DNA of 32,430 nt from an uncultured Candidatus Saccharibacteria bacterium (GCA_964494545.1 CAZBRN010000002.1:1-32430), one strand, 5' to 3'. Positions 16,469-26,408 are shown, numbered from the stretch's first letter. Numbers and translations: made by a program. The notes: generated from the letters alone by a model not told the origin.

Positions 16469-17899
16469 ATGTCGTCTCAATGGAAGCCTGTTGCTGAACT
16501 TGCCAAAGACGTCCAAAATGAAGTCACTTCCGCAACAGAACTAGTTGAGGCATCGTTAAAAACCATTGCTGAAAAATCTGAATATCACGCTGTTCTATCA
16601 GTGCTCGATGAAGCTGCACGTGCCCGGGCAAAAGACATTGATGTTCGAATCGCGAAGGGTGAGACCGTCGGCAAACTTGCCGGCGTACCATTCATTGCCA
16701 AAGATAACTTCCTGGTATTTGGCGCAGAGACCACGGCGGGTAGTAATGTCCTGAAAGGCTTTCAGGCACCGTATCAATCAACTGCCATCAATCTTCTAGA
16801 GGCCGAAGGTGCAATCTGTGTTGCCAAAGCCAACCTCGATGCCTTTGGTCACGGGGCAAGTACCGAGAATAGTGATTTTGGGCCTACCTTGAACCCTCAC
16901 GACAAAACTCGAGTACCAGGAGGATCTTCTGGAGGCTCTGCAGCAGCCGTAGTTCTAGATATGGTCCCATTTGCCCTCGGAACCGATACGGGAGGCTCAA
17001 GCCGACAGCCTGCGAGTTTTTCTGGATGTGTCGGCTATAAACCGACCTATGGTCTTATAAGTCGGAGCGGTGTGGTTGCTATGGCAAGTAGTACTGATAC
17101 GATCGGTACCTTGGCACGCTCCGTTGAAGATGTAGCCACCGTCACTGATGTACTTGCAGGAATTGATGAGCTCGATAGCACTACGATTCAACGCGAATCA
17201 GATGGCTATGCAATTACCGATACCAGTCTTAAGGGCAAGAAAATTGGTGTCGTCAAAGAGTATATGGCGGAAGGATTGGATCCGGGAGTAAAATCGTCCA
17301 TCGAATCTTCCATCGATAAACTTCGTGAAGCGGGTGCGGAGATCGTTGACGTTAGCTTGCCAAGCTTAGCGCTATCGTTAGCGATTTACTATATTTTAGT
17401 TCCGGCTGAGATCAGTAGCAACTTAAGCCGATATGACGGCCAGCGTTTTGGATTTAGCGACCCAGCAGCCTCAAACCTTGAAGAAAGCTATGTTCAAACG
17501 CGTTCTCATGGCTTTGGAAAAGAAGCTAAACGACGAATTATTGTAGGTACTCATGTTCTAAGCAGTGGTTACTACGATGCTTATTATAAAAAGGCTCAGC
17601 TTGTTCGAACAAAACTGATCAATGAGTTTACTGACGTGTTCAAAACAGTAGATTACTTAGTCGGACCAACAGCACCAACTACCGCATTCAAACTAGGTGA
17701 AAACGCTAACGACCCACTCCAAATGTACCTTGCAGATGTCATGACCGTTGGTGCTAGTCTAGCCGGGATTCCGGCTATTGTTATTCCTGCTGGCAAGAGC
17801 GATAACCTACCGGTTGGTCTTCAAATTATGTCACCTGCAAAAACAGATAGTAAACTCCTTAACGTTGCCGCCGCGGCACAGAAAGTGTTATCAGCATGA
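16469..17899 (+). CDS. gatA: Asp/Glu-tRNA(Asn/Gln) amidotransferase subunit A
   Basis: 476 aa. Amidase signature PGGSSGGSAAAV and GTDTGGSSRQPAS. Confidence 0.95.
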   Translation: MSSQWKPVAELAKDVQNEVTSATELVEASLKTIAEKSEYHAVLSVLDEAARARAKDIDVRIAKGETVGKLAGVPFIAKDNFLVFGAETTAGSNVLKGFQAPYQSTAINLLEAEGAICVAKANLDAFGHGASTENSDFGPTLNPHDKTRVPGGSSGGSAAAVVLDMVPFALGTDTGGSSRQPASFSGCVGYKPTYGLISRSGVVAMASSTDTIGTLARSVEDVATVTDVLAGIDELDSTTIQRESDGYAITDTSLKGKKIGVVKEYMAEGLDPGVKSSIESSIDKLREAGAEIVDVSLPSLALSLAIYYILVPAEISSNLSRYDGQRFGFSDPAASNLEESYVQTRSHGFGKEAKRRIIVGTHVLSSGYYDAYYKKAQLVRTKLINEFTDVFKTVDYLVGPTAPTTAFKLGENANDPLQMYLADVMTVGASLAGIPAIVIPAGKSDNLPVGLQIMSPAKTDSKLLNVAAAAQKVLSA

Positions 17900-18249
17900 A
17901 ATTTCTACCAAAACTACCACGGCGCAAGATAAAAACTGCCAAATTCAAAGAACAGTGGATTGAACTTCAGACGTTCTGTAAAAGCAAAGAGACATGGGCA
18001 CTTGCAATCATCGATGCCGATAAGTTGCTCGATGAAGCATTGAAGAAAAAGCATCTTAAGGGTAAAAGCATGGGTGAACGCCTTGTAGAAGCACAAAAAA
18101 TTCTTACAGATAATGATGCAGTATGGTTTGCACACAATTTATCCAAGAAATTACTTGATGAATCTGCTGGAAAATTAAAAGAAGCAGATGTTAAGAAATC
18201 ACTCATCGGAATTCGACAAGCACTCCGTGATTTAGGGGCACTAGAATAG
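17896..18249 (+). CDS. Hypothetical 117-aa helical protein inserted between gatA and gatB
   Basis: ATGA overlap with the gatA stop. Its stop lies 4 nt before the gatB ATG. Lys/Glu/Leu-rich and predicted helical. No family I can name. Confidence 0.6.
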   Translation: MKFLPKLPRRKIKTAKFKEQWIELQTFCKSKETWALAIIDADKLLDEALKKKHLKGKSMGERLVEAQKILTDNDAVWFAHNLSKKLLDESAGKLKEADVKKSLIGIRQALRDLGALE

Positions 18250-18253
18250 ACTA

Positions 18254-19726
18254 ATGGTACGTCCTGAAATTCGTCAGAAATATAAAGTAACCATTGGTAT
18301 TGAGTGCCATGTGCAGTTAAAAACAGTCTCTAAACTATTCGCTAGCGTTGGAAACGATGCACGAGATGCGGAGCCAAATACCCTTATTAGCCACATTTGT
18401 TTTGGCATGCCGGGTGCGCTTCCAGTACTAAACGAAGCAGCTGTGGAATTAGCATCTCGCGCCGGATTCGCTCTAGGTTCTCGACCAAGTCGATTTAGTA
18501 AATTTGACCGCAAACATTACTTTTATCCAGATCTGCCGCTAGGCTATCAAATTACTCAGTTTGATGAGCCTATTATTCTGGGCGGGGAAGTGCATACTGT
18601 CGTAGATGGCAAACCGCACGTCGTGAAGATCACACGAGCTCACTTAGAAGCTGATGCTGGAAAAAGTAGTCACCCCGCGAATGCCGACTACTCACTCGTT
18701 GATCTTAACCGAGTTGGCACACCACTTCTTGAAATCGTTTCAGAACCTGATATTCATAGCCCTGCCGAAGCGCGAGCCTATGCGCACGAACTCTACCTGC
18801 TAATGAAATATGCAAATGTGTCAGAAGCTAACTTATTCCATGGCAACATGCGATTTGATGTAAACGTAAGTGTCAGTAAAACAGATGAGCTAGGGATTAG
18901 AACAGAAACAAAAAACCTTAACTCATTTAAGAGCGTGGAAAGAGCTGCTGAGTATGAAATTAACCGACAGATTGAACTTCTCGAAAAAGGCACAGCAATC
19001 GTACAAGAAACTCGTGGATGGGATGACGCCAAGCAACGGACGAGCAGTCAACGTGGTAAAGAGCAAGCCCATGATTACCGCTATATGCCTGATCCTGATT
19101 TACCACCGGTAGTTCTAAATGATGAATATATTGCACAAATCGAAAGTACTATCCCGACGTTACCGAATGAGTGGCGCGAACGCCTTAGTAGTCTCGGTCT
19201 TGATGCTAGCCAAAGTGCTGTTCTAATCGAAGCAGAAGTTGATTCAGAAAACGTGAGTTATCTTAATGTTCTCGAAAATGCACTTTCAGATCAAGCATTT
19301 GCGAAACAGCTTGCAAATTGGTTTGTAAATATCGAAATACCTCTCCGAAACGACGAAAAAGCGGTAGTAGAATTACCCATCGAGAATCGTCAAGAATTAT
19401 ACAAGGCTGTCCATGGTTTAGTACAAGAGTCACTGCTAAGTTCGAGTAATGCCAAGGCACTAATTACCGAGGTACTTACGCATACAAGCATGCCAAAAGA
19501 TGTACGCGCCTATGCTGACCAGCAGGGTATGCTACAAGTATCCGATAGCGGAGCAATTGAGTCTGTAGTAGACGAAGTTATTGCAGCAAATCCACAAGCC
19601 GCAAAAGATGTACAAGTAGGCGAGGCGAAAGCAATTGGCTTCTTAGTCGGACAAGTCATGAAAGCAAGTCGTGGCACCGCAAATCCAGGTCTATCTCAAG
19701 AATTAATTCGTAAAAAGCTACAATAA
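18254..19726 (+). CDS. gatB: Asp/Glu-tRNA(Asn/Gln) amidotransferase subunit B
   Basis: 490 aa. Motifs IGIECHVQL, MPGALPVLN, RFDVNVSV, and the C-terminal GatB/YqeY-type domain. Confidence 0.95.
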   Translation: MVRPEIRQKYKVTIGIECHVQLKTVSKLFASVGNDARDAEPNTLISHICFGMPGALPVLNEAAVELASRAGFALGSRPSRFSKFDRKHYFYPDLPLGYQITQFDEPIILGGEVHTVVDGKPHVVKITRAHLEADAGKSSHPANADYSLVDLNRVGTPLLEIVSEPDIHSPAEARAYAHELYLLMKYANVSEANLFHGNMRFDVNVSVSKTDELGIRTETKNLNSFKSVERAAEYEINRQIELLEKGTAIVQETRGWDDAKQRTSSQRGKEQAHDYRYMPDPDLPPVVLNDEYIAQIESTIPTLPNEWRERLSSLGLDASQSAVLIEAEVDSENVSYLNVLENALSDQAFAKQLANWFVNIEIPLRNDEKAVVELPIENRQELYKAVHGLVQESLLSSSNAKALITEVLTHTSMPKDVRAYADQQGMLQVSDSGAIESVVDEVIAANPQAAKDVQVGEAKAIGFLVGQVMKASRGTANPGLSQELIRKKLQ

Positions 19727-19773
19727 TTTACTATTCATAACCGTTAACGCCAATAGTGCGGTATGATTATTTT

Positions 19774-20664
19774 ATGAATATCAAACCCGTCAGAAAAGCA
19801 GTAATTGCCGCGGCCGGATTTGGCACGCGCTTTCTCCCGCAAACAAAAGCACTGCCGAAAGAAATGCTACCGCTTGTCGATAAGCCGATCATTCAATATA
19901 TCGTCGAAGAACTTGTCGAAGCAGGTATCGAAGATATTGTTATCGTAACCGGCTATCACAAACGATCAATCGAGGATCACTTTGATCATATGAGTGCAGA
20001 TTTGCGAGCCAATTTAAAAAATGCCGGCAAACTCGAATTGCTTGAAGATACTAAAAAGATTAGCGGGCTCGCTAACTTTGCTTATGTTCGACAAAAAGGA
20101 CCATATGGTAGCGCCACGCCAGTTATGAATGTCGAGCACCTAATTGGCGACGAACCATTCATCTATACCTATGCAGATGACTTTATTGTTGCCAGCCCAA
20201 CGAGATTCTCTCAGATGATTGACGTCTATAAGGAACATGCTAGTAGTGTACTCACCTGTATTACCGTACAAAACGATGCAGACTACGATCGCTATGGCAT
20301 CGTTGCTGGTACTGAGCTATCACCCGGACTCCTGCAGATGTCACACATTATAGAAAAACCAGGCAAGGCAGCTGCACCGAGCAATCTCGCGAGCGTCAGC
20401 GGATACTTGCTAACACCAGAGATATTCGAATATCTTCATGCCGCCGAAAAAGTACGGCCTGAAGGAGTTGAGTTTTACCTGCAACCAGCGCTTCAAATGA
20501 TGATAGAAGCTGGATCAGGCGTACTCGCCTACCAAGTGAAAAACGGTCATTATTATGATACAGGGAACAAACTTGAATATTTGAAAACAGTTGTAGACTT
20601 TGCTCTAAAACGTGACGATATTCGTGATGAGTTTAAAGCCTATTTGCGCTCAATCGTAGACTAA
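19774..20664 (+). CDS. galU: UTP-glucose-1-phosphate uridylyltransferase
   Basis: Motif AAGFGTRFLPQTKALPKEMLPLVDKP. I prefer ATG 19774 (MNIKPVRKAV) to the GTG at 19756, but either is possible. Confidence 0.9.
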   Translation: MNIKPVRKAVIAAAGFGTRFLPQTKALPKEMLPLVDKPIIQYIVEELVEAGIEDIVIVTGYHKRSIEDHFDHMSADLRANLKNAGKLELLEDTKKISGLANFAYVRQKGPYGSATPVMNVEHLIGDEPFIYTYADDFIVASPTRFSQMIDVYKEHASSVLTCITVQNDADYDRYGIVAGTELSPGLLQMSHIIEKPGKAAAPSNLASVSGYLLTPEIFEYLHAAEKVRPEGVEFYLQPALQMMIEAGSGVLAYQVKNGHYYDTGNKLEYLKTVVDFALKRDDIRDEFKAYLRSIVD

Positions 20665-20696
20665 ACTAGGTGCATGAGAGTATACTGAGACGTACC

Positions 20697-20966
20697 ATGA
20701 ATATATCTACTACAGAACAAATAATTCTCGTCATACTTTCACTAACCTTAGCGATATTTTTAACTGTCAGTATAATAGCAACAATCAAAGTTATCCAAAT
20801 CCTTGATCATCTTAAAAAGATTACCATCAAAGCAGAAAGCATTGCTGATAAGGCTGAATCTGTGACAACATTTTTCCAGAATACAACTGGTCATGTCGCA
20901 TTAGGTAAGTTACTTTCGAATATTTTTAATGCCAGTCGAGAACATAAAACAGGAAAGAAGGACTAA
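20697..20966 (+). CDS. Small membrane protein, DUF948-like (N-terminal TM plus coiled coil)
   Basis: Start taken at the ATG giving MNISTTEQIILVILSLTLAIFLTVSIIATI; the GTG at 20670 is the alternative. One TM segment followed by a helical region. It sits directly upstream of a YtxH gene, as in Firmicutes. Confidence 0.6.
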   Translation: MNISTTEQIILVILSLTLAIFLTVSIIATIKVIQILDHLKKITIKAESIADKAESVTTFFQNTTGHVALGKLLSNIFNASREHKTGKKD

Positions 20967-20968
20967 CA

Positions 20969-21376
20969 ATGAATAAAAATTCAAAACGATTTGCACTTGG
21001 AGCATTATTTGCAGGAGTCGCAGGCTACCTAACAGGTATTCTAACTGCCCCTAAAAGCGGCAAAGAAACACGTGAAGATGTCAAGAACGCTGCTGTCAAA
21101 GCGAAGCGAGAAGCCGAAAAATCTCTTAAAAGCTTGCACAGTGAAGCAACCGTACTACTTGGAAGAGGTAAAAAACTAACAGCCAAGCTAGAAGAAGCCG
21201 GTAAAAAAGATTTAGAGAAATTTGTATCAGCAGCGATTGTAGCAAAGGAAAAAGCACGTGATATGCTTACTGCACTTCATGATGGCGACGTCGACGATGC
21301 TGATCTAAAAACTGCTGTAGCTGATGTCAAAGAAGCTATCGACCACTTACGCGCATACCTCGATAAGCATGAATAA
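20969..21376 (+). CDS. YtxH domain protein (general-stress-like, membrane-anchored)
   Basis: 135 aa. Hallmark LGALFAGVAGYLTGILTAPKSGKETREDVK, followed by a Lys/Glu/Ala-rich helix. Purine-rich SD at 20951-20962. Confidence 0.8.
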   Translation: MNKNSKRFALGALFAGVAGYLTGILTAPKSGKETREDVKNAAVKAKREAEKSLKSLHSEATVLLGRGKKLTAKLEEAGKKDLEKFVSAAIVAKEKARDMLTALHDGDVDDADLKTAVADVKEAIDHLRAYLDKHE

Positions 21377-21638
21377 GAAGGTATCTCCAAAAACGAAAGA
21401 TCCAGATTACGAATCTTTGGGTAAGATGCTCGTTTCAATATACGAGTCAGGGTACATAAATGCTAATCAGTCGTATAAATCTAGTTTTTTAAAAGGTGTT
21501 GCTAGTGGTATCGGCGGTGTAGTTGGCGCGACGCTCGTAATTGGCGCAATTGCTTGGTCATTATCATTGTTCAAACATATACCATTGCTAGGCCCTATTA
21601 CCGATACAGTTAAATCATCAATTCAAGATAAAAAATAG
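21369..21638 (+). CDS. Small membrane protein (possibly DUF5665-type)
   Basis: Start taken at ATG 21369 (MNKKVSPK), an 8-nt overlap with ytxH. The track start at 21324 would give a 53-nt overlap. Contains FLKGVASGIGGVVGATLVIGAIAWSLSLF, a Gly-rich TM segment. Confidence 0.55.
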   Translation: MNKKVSPKTKDPDYESLGKMLVSIYESGYINANQSYKSSFLKGVASGIGGVVGATLVIGAIAWSLSLFKHIPLLGPITDTVKSSIQDKK

Positions 21639-21704
21639 CAATAAACAACACCGCTCGTAAGCGTATTTACGGTATACTTGATTGGTAGCAAGTAACGAGG
21701 GAAC

Positions 21705-24700
21705 ATGACAAAAACTGAGCAGTTAACGCCCGCTGATTTTGTGCATCTGCATAATCATACGCAATACAGCCTTCTCGACGGGTTAACAAAAGTACCTGAT
21801 CTTGTTGAGTATGTGAAAAAATCAGGGATGCCGGGAATTGCTATCACCGACCATGGGACAATGTCGGGTGTAATCGAATTCTATAAAGCCTCAAATGCTG
21901 CCGGAATAACTCCAGTCATAGGCATGGAAACCTATGTCGCGCCGAGAAAACACACCGATCGTGAGGCAGGCAAAGATAAGACGCCATTTCACCTTATCCT
22001 TTTGGCTATGAATAATGTTGGCTACGAGAATCTCATGCGATTAAGTAGCATCGCGAATCTTCAAGGTTTTTATTACAAACCACGTGTTGATCATCAATTG
22101 CTTGAGCAATACAACGAAGGATTAATCGTTCTGAGTGGTTGTATTGGTGGAGAGATTGGCGATGCGCTTAGAAACGGTCAGTATGATCAAGCCAAAGCGA
22201 CCGCACAGTGGTACAAAAAAATATTTGGAGACCGATATTATCTAGAGATTCAAGATCACGGTCACCCGAATCATCCGAGCGCTTGGGACGAACAAGTACG
22301 CGTTACAGAACAGACGTTTACTCTCGCAAAAGAATTAGATATTCAATGTGCACTTACCTGTGATGCCCATTATCTACGTCATTCCGATCAAGAAGCACAT
22401 GAATTACTACTCTGTGTGCAGACTGGCTCTTTTCTCAGCGATGAAAAACGAATGTCCCTAAAGAATTTTGAGCTTCATGTGACCGACCCGAATGAGATAA
22501 TTGCGCGCTGGGGCACCGAACACCCTGATATCATAACCAATACAGCGCTTATCGCCGGGAAGTGTCACGTCGAAATCAATCTTGGAGGCATCTTGATTCC
22601 GAAGTTTCCTGTGCCTAAAGGCGAAACAGAAGAATCATATCTACATACGTTGGTGTATCAAGGTCTTGCGTGGCGCTATGGAGGCCTAGACGCTAAGGAC
22701 GCCAATAAATTAACGATACCGCTGGCAAAAAAATCACTACCCGATGATGTTCTCAAGCGCGCTGAATACGAACTAGGGATCATAGCCCAAATGGGCTTCA
22801 ATGGTTACTTCTTGATTGTTTCAGATTTCATCAACTGGGGCAAAGACCAAGGGATAGTTTTTGGACCAGGTAGAGGCTCGGCAGCCGGGTCAATCGTCGC
22901 CTATGCTATGCGTATTACCGAGCTCGACCCATTGGCATATGATCTGCTCTTTGAGCGATTTTTAAACCCTGACCGAATTAGCATGCCTGATGTTGATATT
23001 GATATTCAAGATACCAGACGCGATGAAGTTATCCAGTACTGTGTTCAGAAATATGGGACAGAGCGGGTGGCCAATATTGTTACTTTTGGCAGAATGGCAG
23101 CCCGTAACGCAGTGCGAGATGTAGCTCGTGTTCTCCAGATACCCTATGCTGAGGCGGATCGATTATCGAAAATGATACCACCCCCCGTTCAAGGGCGTCA
23201 TATACCGCTCAAGACATCACTCATTAAAGATCCGGATCTCAAGGCTGAATATGAATCAAGTGAGCAATCACGACGTATTTTTGATCTTGCCGTCCAGATG
23301 GAAGGAACGATCAGAAGTCATGGTATTCATGCTGCGGGAGTCGTTATCGCACCTGACGAAATAGTAAAGTTCGCACCACTCGAAATGGCTCAAAAAGGTG
23401 TTGTCTCTACTCAATATTCAATGGGGCCTGTAGAAGAGCTTGGTCTGCTCAAGATGGATTTTCTAGGGCTTTCTAACTTAACCATCATCAAAAACGCATT
23501 GCGTGTTATTAAGCGTGTCAACAAATTAGATATAGATATTTCAACTATCCCCCTTGATGATGCAAAGACGTTTAAACTGTTGCAAAAGGGTGATACAACA
23601 GGTGTGTTCCAGCTTGAATCTGCAGGTATGAAACGATATCTCCGTGAACTTAAGCCTTCTAAGTTTGATGACATTATCGCAATGGTGGCTTTATACCGGC
23701 CAGGACCGATGCAGTTTATTGATGACTTTATTGCACGTAAACATGGACTCAAAGAAGTCACATATGAGCATGAAGGCCTGCGAGCAGCCCTTTCAGAAAC
23801 CTATGGAATTCTTGTCTATCAGGAACAGTTTATGCAGATCAGTAAAGATATGTGTGGCTTTACGGGCGGACAAGCTGACACGCTCAGAAAAGCCATAGGT
23901 AAAAAACAGCGCGAGACCATGGCCAAGATGAAGATAGCATTTATCGAGGGAATGGTCGAAAAGAGTGGTGTTCCGAAATCATTTGCTAGTAAGTTTTGGG
24001 CACAACTTGAAGCATTTGCAGATTACTGTTTCAACAAGAGTCACTCAGCCTGTTATGGACTCATCGCGTACCAAACAGCGTACCTCAAGGCCCATTACCC
24101 AGAAGCATATATGGCGGCTCTTATGACAAGCGATTACGATAATATTGATCGTCTGGCTATTGAGATTAATGAATGCAATAACATGGGTATTAAGGTACTT
24201 TCCCCAGATGTAAACGAGTCATTCGTAGAGTTTGCCGTAGTTCCCGGTCAGCCTCAGATTAGATTTGGAATGGCTGCTATAAAAAACGTTGGTACCGCTG
24301 CGGTAGAGGAAATATTACGGGCGCGAAACGAGAAGCAATTTAGTAGTCTGGAAGATTTTTTTGAACGAGTCAACGTACGGATCGTAAACCGCAAGGCGCT
24401 TGATAGTCTCATCAAAACTGGAGCACTAGATCGCTATGGTAAACGCGTCATGCTTTTAGAAAATCTTGAAGTTTTGTTGGCATACGCCAGCCGCATTCAA
24501 AAAGAAAAAGCAAGTGGGCAGATTGATATATTTGGAGATGCGATCGAGACCTCTGACCAAATAAAACCTAAGCTTAAATTATCAACTCTTGAAATAGAAA
24601 CGAATATGCGGGAGCAGCTTCAATGGGAGCGCGAACTGCTAGGTCTCTACTTAAGTGCTCATCCTCTAGAAGACTATAAGATGTGGCTGTCAGAGCAAAC

Positions 24701-25331
24701 TGTTGCGACCAACCTCATTACACCCGATCTTCATGGCAAAGCGGTAACCATTGGCGGAGTGGTGCTAGAATCAAGAGAAATTTTAACCAAAAAAGGTCAA
24801 AAAATGGCATTCGTCAAAATAGCAGACGAATTTGGTGAGATGGAACTAATTTTATTCCCGGGGGTATACGAACAAAGTGGTGATCTTTGGAGGCAGGATA
24901 CTATCGTAACACTTACGGGCAAAATATCAGGCGAAGATAGGGAAGGCAAGGTTTCGAGTTCTGCCCAGATACTGGTTGACTCGGCTCGAGAGGTGACCCA
25001 TAAAGAAGCTAAAAATTATGTGCCAAGTATGAAGAAACAAAAACCGCCAAAAGTTCGTGTCCCTCGGTCTGTCGAAAAAACTGCAGATACTCCAGAAGAA
25101 ACCTCATCTAAACGGCTATACATAAAATTGAGCGTTGGAGGCGATCAAGAAGTATTGCGCGGATTAAAAAAACTCATCGATACTCAACCAGGTTCCACAG
25201 AGGTTGTTCTTGTTCTGGGAGACGACGACGCTCGTCAGATCATTAAACTTCCAATGGGTGTAAACCCTACAAAAGAAGTACGTGCATCCCTTAATGAGGT
25301 CGTAGGTGCTACAAACGTTATTCTCAAATAG
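21705..25331 (+). CDS. dnaE: DNA polymerase III subunit alpha
   Basis: 1208 aa. PHP domain FVHLHNHTQYSLLDG, polymerase core GPGRGSAAGSIVAY, and an OB-fold region. SD GAGGGA at 21697-21702. TATACT at 21673-21678. Confidence 0.97.
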   Translation: MTKTEQLTPADFVHLHNHTQYSLLDGLTKVPDLVEYVKKSGMPGIAITDHGTMSGVIEFYKASNAAGITPVIGMETYVAPRKHTDREAGKDKTPFHLILLAMNNVGYENLMRLSSIANLQGFYYKPRVDHQLLEQYNEGLIVLSGCIGGEIGDALRNGQYDQAKATAQWYKKIFGDRYYLEIQDHGHPNHPSAWDEQVRVTEQTFTLAKELDIQCALTCDAHYLRHSDQEAHELLLCVQTGSFLSDEKRMSLKNFELHVTDPNEIIARWGTEHPDIITNTALIAGKCHVEINLGGILIPKFPVPKGETEESYLHTLVYQGLAWRYGGLDAKDANKLTIPLAKKSLPDDVLKRAEYELGIIAQMGFNGYFLIVSDFINWGKDQGIVFGPGRGSAAGSIVAYAMRITELDPLAYDLLFERFLNPDRISMPDVDIDIQDTRRDEVIQYCVQKYGTERVANIVTFGRMAARNAVRDVARVLQIPYAEADRLSKMIPPPVQGRHIPLKTSLIKDPDLKAEYESSEQSRRIFDLAVQMEGTIRSHGIHAAGVVIAPDEIVKFAPLEMAQKGVVSTQYSMGPVEELGLLKMDFLGLSNLTIIKNALRVIKRVNKLDIDISTIPLDDAKTFKLLQKGDTTGVFQLESAGMKRYLRELKPSKFDDIIAMVALYRPGPMQFIDDFIARKHGLKEVTYEHEGLRAALSETYGILVYQEQFMQISKDMCGFTGGQADTLRKAIGKKQRETMAKMKIAFIEGMVEKSGVPKSFASKFWAQLEAFADYCFNKSHSACYGLIAYQTAYLKAHYPEAYMAALMTSDYDNIDRLAIEINECNNMGIKVLSPDVNESFVEFAVVPGQPQIRFGMAAIKNVGTAAVEEILRARNEKQFSSLEDFFERVNVRIVNRKALDSLIKTGALDRYGKRVMLLENLEVLLAYASRIQKEKASGQIDIFGDAIETSDQIKPKLKLSTLEIETNMREQLQWERELLGLYLSAHPLEDYKMWLSEQTVATNLITPDLHGKAVTIGGVVLESREILTKKGQKMAFVKIADEFGEMELILFPGVYEQSGDLWRQDTIVTLTGKISGEDREGKVSSSAQILVDSAREVTHKEAKNYVPSMKKQKPPKVRVPRSVEKTADTPEETSSKRLYIKLSVGGDQEVLRGLKKLIDTQPGSTEVVLVLGDDDARQIIKLPMGVNPTKEVRASLNEVVGATNVILK

Positions 25332-25343
25332 TACGCGGGTTCT

Positions 25344-26408
25344 CTAGAGAATCACGCCAACGTGTTGCATTGCAATCACATAGAATCCGATAAGACTAAC
25401 GACGGTCATGTCAAACAATGCATGCTGGAGTACATAGCGTTCACCTCGAACAATAAATCGATGAAGTGCTAGACCATGCTTGCCAAGAACGATCATCGAG
25501 CCAGACAAAGTCAGTACGAACAACATACTACCCAACCACGGCAGACTGCTTTTTGTCATAAGCTGGAGTCTGTTGGAAGTAGATGATTCTTTAGAAAGAG
25601 TTCCAGCTGAGCTATTAGTTGTAGAAGCTGATTTTATGACTGTTTTTGTCGATTTAGTAGCATCTTTTTGGTCTGCAGGGAGAAGTGTCTGGGATGTAGG
25701 AGCTGTATCTTTTGGTACTGAAGTAGGTGCGGGTGTTGTCGCTGGTGTAGGAGTTGCAGGGTTCGGTGTGGGCTGGGTTGCTGCCGCTGGCGCTACATAT
25801 GGCTCGGCGTACATAGCCACAATAATTGTGGCAGGTGCAGGAGGACCTGCTTTCGGTTCACCGGTGTAATTTGGCGCATTGGCAATACCGAATCCCACTT
25901 CAGTGAAATGTGACTCGAGCAAATTCTCGCGGTGCGATGGACTGTTCATCCAAGCGACAATCGTATCGTTGCTTGTTGCGTATCCGTACGCCAAGTTTTC
26001 ACCGGCTCTGTTATAGCTATAACCAGCATTTGTAATAAATATCCAAGGTGCATTACCTTCAGGCGTGTTGTGCGACCAGTAATCTCTGCTTACCATGTCA
26101 TTAGCCTTAGCTTGTGCAGCACTATTGAGTTGTCCATTCAACGAAAGAGAACCGAGAGCGTTTGCGGCACGTTGATTATTCGTAGAAGCAATCAAACCGT
26201 CAACGCTAACATTCGTTGAATATGCGAGTACACTGGCGCCATCTTTACGAGTATACCGAGCCGGGTAACCGCTCATGAAGATACTCAAAACTACTAAAAT
26301 ACTTAACGGGAGATATGGTGTATACACTTTCAAGAAGTGGGTACTTCTTTTTTGATGATGACCGTGTCGTTTTGCTCGGCCTACCATTCGCGTAGTATTT
26401 GTTTTCAT
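25344..26408 (-). CDS. Membrane-anchored CAP/SCP (YkwD-like) domain protein with Pro/Thr-rich linker
   Basis: CAP core: AAQAKANDMVSRDYWSHNTPEGNAPW...NRAGENLAYGY...WMNSPSHRENLL...EVGFGIA. There is an N-terminal TM, a PT-rich stretch and a hydrophobic C-terminus. I prefer ATG 26408; the track start at 26420 is a TTG. Confidence 0.8.
   Translation of the reverse strand: MKTNTTRMVGRAKRHGHHQKRSTHFLKVYTPYLPLSILVVLSIFMSGYPARYTRKDGASVLAYSTNVSVDGLIASTNNQRAANALGSLSLNGQLNSAAQAKANDMVSRDYWSHNTPEGNAPWIFITNAGYSYNRAGENLAYGYATSNDTIVAWMNSPSHRENLLESHFTEVGFGIANAPNYTGEPKAGPPAPATIIVAMYAEPYVAPAAATQPTPNPATPTPATTPAPTSVPKDTAPTSQTLLPADQKDATKSTKTVIKSASTTNSSAGTLSKESSTSNRLQLMTKSSLPWLGSMLFVLTLSGSMIVLGKHGLALHRFIVRGERYVLQHALFDMTVVSLIGFYVIAMQHVGVIL

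Noticed and set aside
25340-25351. 12-bp palindrome TTCTCTAGAGAA between dnaE and the convergent CAP gene
   Set aside because: There is no loop, at most a 4-5 bp stem, and no flanking T or A runs. It includes the CAP gene stop codon. Too weak to call a bidirectional terminator.
25480-25869. 129-aa plus-strand ORF rich in Gly/Ala/Val
   Set aside because: It is the reverse complement of the Pro/Thr/Ala-rich linker of the CAP protein. Low-complexity shadow.
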